A DNA stretch of 64,000 bases from Macrostomum lignano. Taxonomy: Eukaryota. The notes beneath the pieces are model-generated. The model made no database searches, had not been told where the DNA came from, and was given only the letters and a program-made list of their open reading frames with translations. The translations under genes were made by a program, and so were the position numbers. This document shows positions 10,506-29,200 of the stretch, one piece after another (position 1 is the first letter of the stretch; every line of letters begins with the position of its first letter). The DNA is taken from assembly GCA_002269645.1 (NCBI GenBank), contig NIVC01001936.1, forward strand, positions 1 to 64,000, written 5' to 3'.

Positions 10506-12605
10506 TCAGTTTTTTGGAAGGTCGCCCACCGTCTCCAGGGCGACGGCGAACGCCCCATCAGCAGACTGTCGCTCCAGGCTGATCTGGTCCCGTCGGAATG
10601 CCAGGTCCTTGGTGTCCAGCGAGATCAGGCTGACAGACCGGTAGCTGCTCAGGAGCTGGTTCGTCTTGCGACAGTTACTCTTCTGGAGCGCCGGCGCATC
10701 GGGGGGGCACACGGTCTGCACCGCCCAGATTGACGCGCCGGGGAAAGCCTTCCTGATGTTGGTCAGGCTCATCTTCCAGAGCTTGGCGATGGAGAAGTCG
10801 AAGCTCTCACGGTGGAGGTCGTTGTTGCCGGCCCAGACGATGACGCGGCCCGTGTCGGGACTTGCATTCTCCACCTTGCTGATGTTCTTCAGGTAGTCCA
10901 GTGTGAGGCCCGGGAAGCAGTGCACCTCTAGGTCTGGCGAGGCCAGCTTCACGAATTCCACGTTCTGGTCAGCGATCACCAGGGTGGGCTTCTGCTTTGA
11001 CCTCAGCTTCCAGTGCTTCTTGGCTCCGTGGTGGTAGATGACTTTGTTCTCCCGTAAGCTTCTGGCAGTCTTCGACGGTTGCATGAGGCTCCCGGAATCC
11101 GGAGAAGCAGATGGGGGCCTCTTCCTGGTAGCCGCCGGGGTTCCAGAGTCTGCGGCATCTTCGCTTGTCCGGGCGGTGACAGTCTCTGGGACACCAGTAG
11201 ACGTAGTCATGGGGAGGGACACCTCCCTGTTTGTCGGAGTCTCAATTGAGGCACAGTCCCGTGCGGATGGCGCCGTAGAGTTCTCTTCATGAGCCGTCGA
11301 AGCTGACGAGGCCGCCGATGAAGCCGCCGGTACAGTCGCTGCCGATGAAACCGCCGGCGCAGTCGCCGACGAGGCCGCCGGCGCGGTCGCCGACAAGGCC
11401 GCCGATGAAGCCGCTGGCGCAGTCGCCGACGAGGCCGCCGGCGCGGTCGCCGACAAGGCCGCCGATGAAGCCGCCGGCGCAGTCGCCGACGAGGCCGCCG
11501 ACGAAGCCGCCGATGAAGCCGCCGGCGCGGTCGCCGACGAGGCCGCCGACGAAGCCGCCGATGAAGCCGCCGACGCGGTCGCCGACGAGGCCGCCGGCGC
11601 AGTCGCCGACGAGGCCGCCGACGAGGCCGCCGACGAAGCCACCGATGAAGCCGCCGGCGCGGTCGCCGACGAAGCCGCCGACGAAGCCACCGATGAAGCC
11701 GCCGGCGCGGTCGCCGACGAAGCCGCCGATGAAGCCGCCGGCGCAGTCACCGCCGATGAAGCCGCCGGCGCAGTCACCGCCGATGAAGCCGCCGGCGCGG
11801 TCGCCGACGAGGCCGCCGGCGCGGTCGCCGACGAGGCCGCCGATGAAGCCGCCGGCGCGGTCGCCGACGAGGCCGCCGTTGAGGCCGCTGGCACGTTAGC
11901 TCCAGTCTCGAAAATGGACATGAGCTCCTCCGACGCCACCTCGATGATGGAAGCCAATGAACTGGACGTGGGTGGGGCAGCGGTCGAAGCTTGGGAATGC
12001 GTCGTGGCCTGGAGCTGCGTATCCGGTTCACTCAGACAATCAGCCAGTGCCTTGAACCCATGGGTGTGCAGGCGCTCCATCACACCGTCAAGGATGCGGG
12101 GACTCCAGGCTCTGCCAATCTTGTTGGCGGCCCACCGGATGCCTACGAGCCAGCCGGTCTTGAATTCATCCACCGGGCCAGATAGTCGAAGCTGCTCCAA
12201 CTTCTCGGCCACCGCTGCGAACTGCGTGCCGTAATGGGTCCTCATGTCCGCCGTTGTGTGCACCAGCCACTGTAGGGCGTTGGATTCAAAGCGCTGGTGA
12301 GTCTCCTTGCTCTGGAACGCTGGACAGAGGAATAAGGTCAGGCTATCTGCCTTCCTTCGGACTGTCACTGGAGCTGCCGGGCGAGACCAGTTCTGCAGAT
12401 GGTGGTGGATCCTGCACAGTCCCTTGCACGCTGCCGCGACTTGGTTGCTAAGGGGCTGTTGCTGTGGTCTTGGCGGGGGCAGAGTGGCAGGCTGTCTGGG
12501 CCTTTCAGGTCGTTCACTGTTTCTCTGAGGTTCAGCTTGACGTCCAATGCGTCTCCGACTGTTGAACCACTGACGTTGCTGACGGAAGTTAGTTGCTGAG
12601 CTCAT
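10506..12605 (-). CDS. PLE ORF1 (699 aa from ATG 12605): N-terminal helical domain, Ala/Ser repeat spacer, C-terminal SGNH/GDSL-esterase-like domain
   Basis: Uninterrupted ORF; LVIADQN / VHCFPG / VIVWAGNND / FRRDQISL resemble SGNH blocks I, II, III and V. The ORF-track extension to 12722 runs through (TC)n. Confidence 0.75.
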   Translation of the reverse strand: MSSATNFRQQRQWFNSRRRIGRQAEPQRNSERPERPRQPATLPPPRPQQQPLSNQVAAACKGLCRIHHHLQNWSRPAAPVTVRRKADSLTLFLCPAFQSKETHQRFESNALQWLVHTTADMRTHYGTQFAAVAEKLEQLRLSGPVDEFKTGWLVGIRWAANKIGRAWSPRILDGVMERLHTHGFKALADCLSEPDTQLQATTHSQASTAAPPTSSSLASIIEVASEELMSIFETGANVPAASTAASSATAPAASSAASSATAPAASSATAPAASSAVTAPAASSAVTAPAASSAASSATAPAASSVASSAASSATAPAASSVASSAASSAASSATAPAASSATASAASSAASSAASSATAPAASSAASSAASSATAPAASSAALSATAPAASSATAPAASSAALSATAPAASSATAPAVSSAATVPAASSAASSASTAHEENSTAPSARDCASIETPTNREVSLPMTTSTGVPETVTARTSEDAADSGTPAATRKRPPSASPDSGSLMQPSKTARSLRENKVIYHHGAKKHWKLRSKQKPTLVIADQNVEFVKLASPDLEVHCFPGLTLDYLKNISKVENASPDTGRVIVWAGNNDLHRESFDFSIAKLWKMSLTNIRKAFPGASIWAVQTVCPPDAPALQKSNCRKTNQLLSSYRSVSLISLDTKDLAFRRDQISLERQSADGAFAVALETVGDLPKN

Positions 12606-12717
12606 GTCGTCCAAATGAATTACCGGTGCTGGCCAAAGAGAGAGGGAGAGAGAGAGAGAGAGAGAGAGGAGGGCGCCTCCAATCTCAGGCACGGACGCGG
12701 TACATGTAAAAAGGACA

Positions 12718-12759
12718 AACAAGTCAAGTTGAATAAAGTTATATTCAACTTGACTTGTT
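12718..12759. repeat. Perfect 18-bp inverted repeat with a 6-nt loop at the PLE 5' junction
   Basis: AACAAGTCAAGTTGAATA-aagtta-TATTCAACTTGACTTGTT. Confidence 0.95.
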
Positions 12760-13079
12760 GAAATTATTTTTTCAACTTGACTTCAAATTATTACCAATCA
12801 GCTTATTCGTTTTATATTTTTTCCAGCTAACTACTTACAGTAGTTATCCAGAGTAATTCGGTCAATGTCTTGGACTAAATTGCGTGGAAAGTTATCGTTT
12901 TTTAAAATAAAATTATTGTTGTGGGCAAGTATGCAATAAATTTGACGCATGGAACGATGCGAGCATGCTATTTGATGCGTGGAGAGAGGGACAAGGGAGA
13001 GAGGAGAAAGAGGGTGAGGAAAAGGGAGAGAAAAAAAGAGAGGAGAGAGGGAGGAAGGGAAAGGGCGAAAAGTGAGAAG

Positions 13080-13545
13080 GAGAGGGAGAGGGAGGAGAGG
13101 GAGAGGGAGAGGGAGAGGGAGGAGAGGGAGAGGGAGAGGGAGGAGAGGGAGAGGGAGAGGGAGGAGAGGGAGAGGGAGAGGGAGGAGAGGGAGAGGGAGA
13201 GGGAGGAGAGGGAGAGGGAGAGGGAGAGGGAGGAGAGGGAGAGGGAGGAGAGGGAGAGGGAGAGGGAGGAGAGGGAGAGGGAGAGGAGAGGGAGAGGGAG
13301 AGGGAGGAGAGGGAGAGGGAGAGGGAGGAGAGGGAGAGGGAGAGGGAGGAGAGGGAGAGGGAGAGGGAGGAGAGGGAGAGGGAGAGGGAGAGGGAGGAGA
13401 GGGAGAGGGAGAGGGAGGAGAGGGAGAGGGAGAGGGAGGAGAGGGAGAGGGAGAGGGAGGAGAGGGAGAGGGAGAGGGAGGAGAGGGAGAGGGAGAGGGA
13501 GGAGAGGGAGAGGGAGAGGGAGAGTGAGAGGGAGAGGGAGAGGGG
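13080..13545. repeat. GA-rich simple repeat in the right terminal repeat
   Basis: Read directly from the sequence. Confidence 0.95.
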
Positions 13546-14394
13546 GAAAGGATAGGAGCTGGGAACGGGAGGAGACAGCAGACAGTTGAATATTCCCAAA
13601 GGCCAATTTAAATTCAAGTAAAACAAAATAAAACTTCAAATTTCACCTTTAAAAAAAGCTTAACATGAAGCTCAAGCTGAAAGTACAAGTCCCTAGAACC
13701 TGTTTGTATATTAGTTGTTGACAAAAGTGCTATTGAATACAAAGCAATAAGGCGAAAGATTTGTTGTTAATACAATTTTTAGCTTTTCAGCTTCTTTTCA
13801 TAAAAGAAAGTTCGAACGCATGTTAGAGACTATAAATACGCAGATATGCTACTCGTTATTAGTAGTTTTAGACACGTTTACGAAAAAAAATAATTTGAAC
13901 AGCAAATCTGGTAAATCAGATTGAAACAAATTTGCTGAAAATGAGTAAATTAGTCAAAGTTATTAAAACTGAAAAAATTTAAGATAACAGAATATAAAGT
14001 TTTAAAAAAACTTCTATATAAGCACTCTACTAGAGCAAACCGGTGTTGATTAACAAATATTTAAAAAGGCAAGACATACTATTAGCTACAAAGAGAGAGT
14101 CTGATTTGTGCGTTTTTTGCGTTAACCAAAGAGAAAGCCACAATGGATAATTCTATATTTTCAAATTAAATAGAAAATAACAACAAACATAGCAATAAGC
14201 AGCTATGTTTACTCAACAATGGAACAACCAGCTTGGACAACAACAAATTGTTTATTTTTTACAAAATCCTCTCCGGCTGATAAGCAACCGTTATTTGGAA
14301 ACTGACTTTGAAATCTTTTTAAAAATCTACTTTCTAGAAATTACTCATAAATTGTGCAAAAAGTGCCGCTTTGAAGACTTTTTTGATGTACATG

Positions 14395-14690
14395 TGGCTC
14401 CGATTTGAGGCGCTAAAACAAGACAGTTTTTTATGTGGCGCCGATTCGAGGCGCTAAAACAAGACAGTTTTTTGTGGCGCCAATCTGAGGCGCTAAAACA
14501 AGACAGTTTTTTATGTGGCGCCAATCTGAGGCGCTAAAACAAGACAGTTTTTTATGTGGCGCCGATTCGAGGCGCTAAAACAAGACAGTTTTTTACGTGG
14601 CGCCGATTAAAGGCGCTAAATCAAAAAATTTTTTTGTGCCGCCGATTTGAGGCGCTAAAAATTTTTTAATGTGGCGCCGACTTAAGGCGC
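14395..14690. repeat. ~41-bp minisatellite (ATGTGGCGCCGATTCGAGGCGCTAAAACAAGACAGTTTTTT)
   Basis: About 7 copies, degenerate toward the right. Confidence 0.9.
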
Positions 14691-14790
14691 TAAATTTTCT
14701 CCAAATACAGGGCGAAGAGGAGTACATCTCCTTCAATTAAAGATAATCCCGTCATAAAATCCCTCCAGTCTTCTGCCCGAGCCAATCTAC

Positions 14791-17026
14791 TCATCGCGTA
14801 CCCAGCAGTTGAGCAGTTCTCAACTGCGGCAGATCCGGATAGGCTCGATCGATTCGATTATTCGAGTATTTCCATCGATTATGGCCGGCATAGGGGATGA
14901 GCGACTGGCCGAGGGCCTCCGTGCTGATGGACTCGGGCGGCAGCGGGGCGAAGTCGGCTGTGCAGGTCGGCGGCTCGGCGATGCACAGCTCCGGGTGCGT
15001 GTGGCACCGGCGGAATCGGCGAAAAATGGCGGGCATCACCGGCTCACAGATTGGCGCGTACGATGTCGAATGCGTAGTGCGATAGTCGTAGCCGTATCTG
15101 GTGCCGTCCTCGTGGCGCAGGTAGTCGGATCTCGAGCGGCCGCCTTCGCCGACGCCATCGCCCAGTTGACGTTCAAATCGCATTAGCCGCTTGCCGAGAG
15201 TTCGTTCGCCGCGCGACTGCAGTTTTTTATCGATTTTTTGGTATTTACAAATTTAGATTGTCACTTTCTTGTATTTCTACTTTCAGTAGCTTTTTGGCTG
15301 AGAAAAAATCTAAAAAACTTAAAATCCAAATACACATTAAAAAAGCAATTCACTTATGGAGTGAATGACGTACCTTTAAAAAATACATTATTGTAGAATA
15401 GTTTAATATTTAATTAGCCCCACAAATTCGAAGTGTCCACTATTGCATAGTGTATTACATGCTCGTGTATCTAGCTTAAGTTTCTATAGTAGCACATCTA
15501 ATAATAAACTCAAAATAGGAAAACATTTATAGTGACGTATAATAAACACATTGTGAAGCGCGATTTTCAGCTCAAGCAATAATATTCAGCGTCACCTGTA
15601 AGTCTAATTAATGGTGCATTAACGAGTATTTTAACATAAGCAGCAAGTTACACGTGTTGTGCGCTGGATACCATCAGTTATACAAGAATGTCTTACTGGT
15701 GCATAATATATTCAGTACATGCAGAAATGACCATTTTATGGTGAATAAAAGTATTTTATTATTAAATTGCTTTTCGATTTCATAACAAAGTATCTTACCA
15801 AAGAGAATTGGTGCTTTTGGTCTGAAATCAGTCAGAGTCAAGTTAGTTTATTGATAAAAAACTTTATATGCTCGTATATATGGCTCAATGTAGTGTTTGG
15901 GAACTTTAAAAGCACTTTAATTTTATGTACTAAATGCAAAAAATGTAGAACTCACCTGGCCAAAATAGACTCCGTGACCTTGGAATGCATGCCGATTGTC
16001 GTGGTCAGTGAATGAATTCTGATACTTGAACACCGGCGCCTTCAAAATTAATGTCAGAGTGGATCAGGCATTACAAGCATGCTATCGATATTTACATTTT
16101 TTGTACTTTTATCTGACCCTACAAGCTACTCTCTCGGTCATCATTAAGGTCAACAACCACCCCACCCCACACTTATACCCACCCATTCCGCTAAAGTCAA
16201 TGTCACTAACCACCCCACTCCGCTAAAGACAAGCTCAACTACCACCCCACTCCGCTAAAGTCAAGCTCAACAACCACCCCATTCCGCTCCGCTAAAGTCA
16301 AGCTCAACAACCACCCCACTCCGCTACAGTCAAGGTCACTACCCACCCCACTCCGCTACGCTCGTATAGTCAAGGTCACCACCCCACTCCGCTAAAGTCA
16401 AGGTCACCAACCACCCCATTCCGCTAAAGTGTTTGTTACCAACCACCCCATTCCACTAACCTTAAGGCCACCAACCAGCAGCCCACTCCATTCTTTAAAG
16501 TCAAGGTCACCAACAAGTTCAAGGTTATACTCTCTTTCAGGTTGAAGGTCCCCCATCATTCAAGGCCACACGCTCTCACCTGATGATTAATCCTAGTATA
16601 GAACACCCTGGGCATGTTGGTGGACACCTTGCTAATGTTGCGCTTATCGAACGGCGCCTCCTGCATGTCCCGAGTCGACGTACGGCTGCGCAAGTCACGG
16701 CTGGGCTCTGCGGCTTCGACATCCGGCTTGTGCGAGTACTGATCGGGGACGAGGGTTGGAGTGGATGTTTGTTGCTATTGAGCCTCACTATGCCTACGTT
16801 TAGCCACCAGTTTGACTGAGTCAAAATTATCAATGTGGGGTGGCGAAACTTTTAGTTCCATCTGGCGATTTGATGGCGTCAACATTATTTATTTGATGGC
16901 GTCAAACCTATTGATATGGTAACGTCAAATTTATTAATAGTAAGACAGAGGCAAGCAGTAAAACAAAGATCTTACCCATCTTTTACTCGACCCCGAATTC
17001 GGAGTGTAACTCGGCGCCTTAGGCAT
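14791..17026 (-). CDS. HDNR-motif (TEX36-like) protein; exons 17026-16976, ~16774-16580, 16039-15956, 15216-14791
   Basis: Spliced frame reads MPKAPSYTPNSGSSKRW...RINHQ|APVFKYQNSFTDHDNRHAFQGHGVYFGQ|SRGERTLGKR. Donors are GTAAGA, GTGAGA and GTGAGT, all phase 0. The exon-2 acceptor is uncertain. Confidence 0.65.
16150..16500. repeat. Intronic ~31-bp degenerate repeat (CACCACCCCACTCCGCTAAAGTCAAGCTCAA)
   Basis: Read directly from the sequence; lies in intron 16579-16040. Confidence 0.85.
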
Positions 17027-17899
17027 GCTGAAATGAACAAAAAAATAATATGTGTTACTGCTGAGTAGAGTATGGAGCTTAAAGATTTTAAAGTTTATCT
17101 ACTTGATAGCCTAATTTTTTCTTGCAAATTGATAAACCAATAAACTTCGTTTTAATAGATTCAATTATTTAAACAAATGGAAATAAATCAGAAACGTTAT
17201 AGTCATAAATTGATACAATCTTGAAACATTTTTACTATTGATATCTATTTGTTATATTATTCTCAATTTTATTTACATATAAATAGACATATAAAAAAAG
17301 TTTTTCCTACAATTATTATTATATTATTATTACTATTATCGGTGTAAAATTAAGAAATTTAAGTAGAAACAATTATTAATATTCGTTATTCAAATTACCA
17401 GTAATCTTTTGAAATTAAAAACACTTATTATCAGTGTTTCTTTTCGACGGAGATAGAAAATGTGATATTTTGTAATTAGTAAAATTAATGAACCGAATCG
17501 AAAAAAAATTCGAAACTAGATCAAAGGATCGCAAAAATTTTTGGAAACGTTAAAACAAAAGTGGCTCAAATTTTGGAAGCTACACGAAGTTTTAAAAAAA
17601 TTAACGGAGCTGCTGAGCAAACAGAGAGGAAGCTGCTGAAAATGGAATAAATAGTGCTGGGTGGAAGCAGCTACGGGGTTCATTGTCATATTGTCAAAAT
17701 TAAAAGTAGATGTATAAAAGTACGGAAAAATTAGGCAAAGCATCGGACTTAAAAAAGAGCTTTCTGTACTTCAAAAACATTTCGTTGAAGGAACACGATT
17801 TTCGCTGAGTGCAACGTACGGAAGTCAAGAAAGCAATAAAACATCAATAAATCGTGTATAGCAATGCCAGCTTCTTGAATATGCACACAATAATTAAGC

Positions 17900-24683
<6,784 letters not shown>

Positions 24684-25639
24684 GCTTCATGAAAAAGTAT
24701 TGATGTAAGCAGAAAATTTACGGCTAGATTTAGTTAATCGGGAACATCGATGTTTCTGACTACAATTATAAAACAAAAGAATTTAAGTCGATTCCATTGC
24801 TTTGTTTGGATGGAATTGAAAAAATAAAAGATCAAAACTGACTGCATAATACGCTCGTGTACATGCACTGACAAGCTGACTAAGCCCCAAAATGAAAAGA
24901 AAAAGCTCTGCCTTCTTTTTTCATCAGCAGTTACAGATGCAATTTTCAAATGAACGTATTTTTAGAAGAACTCGCGAGTCGTGATTCAAATGTAGTACTA
25001 AAACCTAATCCATACAAAAAATAATGAATATACTTCTGACTGGAAAACAAGTCATGGAAAAGTTTTTGTTCTAAACATGGATATTCTTGACTCTTTATTC
25101 TTAAGAAATGTGCATTGTAACACTGAATATTCCAAAAATTCAGATTAAGTGCATTTTATATGAATAAAACTATAGTAAGTTAAAAGCGTAAAAGGAAATA
25201 AATTCTTTATTGATTATCATAGATAGATCCTAATTCCTAAATTAATACTAAAGTGATTGAGTTTCTAACTTAAATTTGATTTTGATTCCTTACTAAACTA
25301 AACTTAAATATGAGTGGCTGAAAATGAATAAGGATAAGTCCGCATCGCCATGTCTATAATTCCTAATCATCATATACTAATTTAGTAATTTCCCTTATAA
25401 TAAGCTAGGAAAGATTTATTCACAAGCAATGACCTATAGATAACAATAACCACATCATGAAAATATCTTCATAGTTTTCATTTAAATCATGAAACGAAGC
25501 TTATCCTCTCCATGCATTGTAAGACGTCTTTGTATCTAATGAGAGTCTTTCCGTTTTAAAATACAGTTTTTAGCAGGAAAAGTATATTTACAAAGGCTTA
25601 TTATTTAAAATAGCAAGTGATTAGCAAACTATTTTGTTA

Positions 25640-26045
25640 TTATAGGCGTCACGGCATAATGTGAGTTTTTAAAATGCGAATTGTTGCGCTCCATTTTTTC
25701 GTCACGTCGGAGGACCGGTAAGCCGCGTAGTATAGGCCTATGACATGTATCGTGTTTTTTAAGCGAGCGCGTCTTATGTTAGTCTGATTCGTCAGCTGAT
25801 GATTAGCTGCAACTGACCTAACATGCTTAACATTAATTGGATTCTTCATACATATGGATATATATATGCTATACCAACCCAGACAGGCCAGACTCCCAGA
25901 CTGACTGACCCTTCCTCTGGACTTGGAATGAGAAGTTGACATGTCGCTGTCGGCGCTGTGGTTTCCAAGCATTTCGGTGCCAGTGCTTTTCGGTGCTAGT
26001 GCTTTTCGGTGCCCGGAATTTTGGTGCCCCAGATTGCTTTTCGGT
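25640..26045. promoter_or_regulatory. CpG-rich patch between the divergent TTC30 and RPAP3 genes; candidate bidirectional promoter
   Basis: About 23 CG dinucleotides in ~400 bp, abutting a CpG-void block. The promoter role is inferred from position. Confidence 0.4.
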
Positions 26046-26245
26046 GCCCCAGTTTATGATGCCAAAATGATGATAATTAGCTTATGACAAAAGACAAAGC
26101 ACTTACTGTTAAATTAGGGCTCAATCAATTTCTATACTTTTTGTGTCCAATTCTAAATCTAATGTATAATTTGGGCACCAAAAAGCAAGCTGGGGCACAA
26201 AAATGCCAGGCACAGAAAAGCACAGGCACCAAAAAAGCATGTATA
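25970..26245. mobile_element. MITE-like element with inverted arrays of a CTTTTCGGTGCC(C) motif
   Basis: Five motifs on the left arm and four reverse-complement motifs on the right arm, around an AT-rich core. Confidence 0.55.
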
Positions 26246-29200
26246 CTGGTCCTAGTGCTGTCATGCTGTTGCCTGTTAGTCCACTTTTTTAGCTTCAAAT
26301 TATTTGCAATGCAAAGCATTTAATAATCATTATTGCTTTTATGCTTGGCATATTTTCATATGAAAAGACCTAGATTTTTCATAGATAGGAATAGGATATT
26401 AATAAATATATCATAAATGTTAAATCAATAAACTATAAGAATATTAGTAATATATAGGGCCTATATTGGGCCTATGAATTAATTTCTATTCTAGCTTAAA
26501 TTTCTTTTGCAAATGTCACAAAGCAGAATATCTACCTGGCTTTATTTATTATATAGTAGGCTTATGTCTTGAAGCTTGAAGCTAGGCCTAGGTCATACCC
26601 TACCCCAATCATAGCCAATAGGAAATAAGGAAATATATAGACCTATTCCTATCCAAGCAGGAAGCAGCCATTCAGAGCTATGGCCATATTAGTATGTGGC
26701 CATCTTGGTCATACACCATTTTGATATCTAAATTAAAGAAGCAATCTCTTGGCATCAATAGCAAAGGGCTTTTTCTTTATAGATTATAGATTTACAGATT
26801 AAATGCATTATCCTATTTTTAACCTTTAGGCACTAGGCCTATGGGTTATATAAGCCTAACTATAATAAATATATCCTTTCTTTAGCTTTGTACAATTGTA
26901 GCTATATGCCTAGTATCAAAACTAAGATTAAAGCTATTGCAAGCTCTCAACGAAACAAGATTCAAGACAAGATCTCAACATTTTTTCTTATCTCAAAAAT
27001 CTCAATTTTTTTCAAGAAATTCAAGATAAAATTGAAAATTTCTCTAATATTTTTTCAAAAATTTCAAGCCATAAGAAATAAAAAGGAGAGCAAATTTTCT
27101 TATAAATACAACTTTTTGTTATAACACACTTAGTAAAGCAATTTTGAAATAAAATCTAGTAAATCTCAAGCAGTTTTAGTGTTATTTAACAAATATTGTT
27201 AAATATTATGAGCTTGCATATGCATTCTTTTAATTATTATTTCAGTTCTAAAGCAAGGCATATCATAGTAGACTCAAGGACAATCTACAATCTATATACA
27301 ATTTGCATCTTGTCAAGAAATTCAAGACAAGATAAGACAAGATGCAATTTTAATATCCATTTTTAGATTTTTGTCTAATCTTATCTTGTCTCAAATTTCT
27401 TGATTTATAAGCCTTTCTTGTCTCAAGTAAAATCTTAAATTTTTATAGCTCTAACTAAGACATCTATATGTAAGCCTATATATAATTACATATAATTATT
27501 TTTCTATTGAATATAGCTAAACTAAGAATTTTAATTTTATTTTCTTATTCTTAGAAGTGCACGGAACTATTATAAGTTGTAAAACATTTGTTTATTGGTT
27601 TTTTATACCTATAAATATAACTGTAAACTAGAAAATGAGTTTGTAGTTTAGTGTGTATATAGTTATAGATCAGTCATTACTAGTAATGATGATAGATCCA
27701 GTATTGGATATTAGCAAATGCTGCTTTTAGATCTCCATGCACACATTTCCAAATATGCTTATAACTTGCTTTAGAAAAAATAGATCTAATAAAAATGCTT
27801 TCTGGTATTCCTCTCCCCCTACTCAGCAATTATTAGGCACCATCCCTTTGGGCCATTGATAACTCACAGGGTAGACTTCTTTGCCATGTTAGCATTATCA
27901 CTCAAATCATTGATTCAAATCCTTGGCACTGATGCAAATTTAAATGAAAAATATTTTTGTGAAATATTGCTAACCAATGTAACTATGACATTGAAATGTT
28001 GTCAGCATTATCAATCATCAAAACTGGCACAAAGTCAAAAGAAAAATAAATTTGCTAACAAAGCTGCACTAATATCTCCCAAATGCTAAGGAACTAAAAA
28101 TAAATTTAGTTTTTATTGCTAGCTTTTAGTCTCTAAGGCCATCTAGCCTAGCCTAGGCCTATTCTATTTAAAAACATCTTTTATCTCTAGTTTTAATATA
28201 TTTCATTTAATACACTTTTAGCCTATTGCCTTATCTTCATAGGCTAGGCCTATCTAACATTAGGTTTGATTAGACCAATCTAATAAAAGGTCTAAACTAA
28301 TATAGTATTTAATTTTTAATCTAAAACTTTCAAGTAGAATTTGTATTAAGCTAATTGAAATTGATTATAATACCTTTGTCTATGATGATATTTTAGCTAA
28401 AAGTAATGATATTATACTAAATATAATTTAATGAGTTTATAGTTATACATATTAAATATTTTTAGTAGAACATATAGATATAAATATGGTTATAGAAATA
28501 CATTTCTTATATCTAGTAATATTGGCTATTTAATAACTAAGACTTGAAAGAGAATTTTCTAGGTAGGGGATAAAATAGCAAAAAGAAAGAATATTATCAG
28601 TTTCAAGCAGTAGCAGATCTAGAGTTTCATTTTGGGTGAGGAGGAGTGGTACAAGTTTGGGGCACCAACATGAGTATAAAAGGTGCCAATTTTGAATGTA
28701 AGGGGTAAAAATGCATATAAAAGGCAAAAAGTTAAGCTTAGAGATGCAAAAATGCATGTAGAAGGTGCAAAGTTGAGTTTAAGGGCACAAAAAATGTGTT
28801 TAGGGGCAAAAAATTAAGTTTAAAAGGCACAAACTTAGGTTTTTGGGCGGCACAAAATGTTTTATCAAGCTATTGGGAAGGGGGGGAGGGCAGTTGCCCC
28901 CTCCCTAAATCTGCCCCTGGTTTCAAAAAGTTTTTAGGAAAGCAACTCAAGTCCCTACCATCTATAGTAGGCATAGGTAGAGGCTTTTTGGCTAGATATA
29001 CATAAAATATTTCTTAATAGAATATTATAAATTATATAGAATGGTATATGTAGAAATATTTCTTTGTATATTGCAGAACCAATTCTATAGGGCTTATTCA
29101 TAAAATAGTTTAGATATAGGTAATATGACAAACCTAAAAGAATAAGACTATATCCTAGGAGAAAAATATTAGTCTAGAAAAGTGAAGTTAGTAGTCTAAA

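Larger units (their letters stand above)
6916..13545 (-). mobile_element. Penelope-like retroelement (Neptune-like), two ORFs, partial-tandem terminal repeats
   Basis: ORF2 encodes a PLE-type RT plus GIY-YIG; ORF1 lies upstream; direct repeats X (6916-~7205 and 12793-~13080, each followed by a GA tract) and Y (~7563-7654 and ~12637-12734) flank the ORFs. Confidence 0.92.

Noticed and set aside
10506-10508. Selenocysteine decoding of the ORF1 UGA, as reported for some Naiad PLEs
   Set aside because: I could not identify a SECIS (AUGA...AA...GA) in the 3' UTR by eye, and the UGA is not at a conserved Cys position. A SECISearch run would settle it.
26945-27430. Imperfect inverted repeats (TCAAGAAATTCAAGACAAGATAAGA and its reverse complement) as a defined transposon
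   Set aside because: Probably a decayed MITE, but termini and TSD cannot be delimited.
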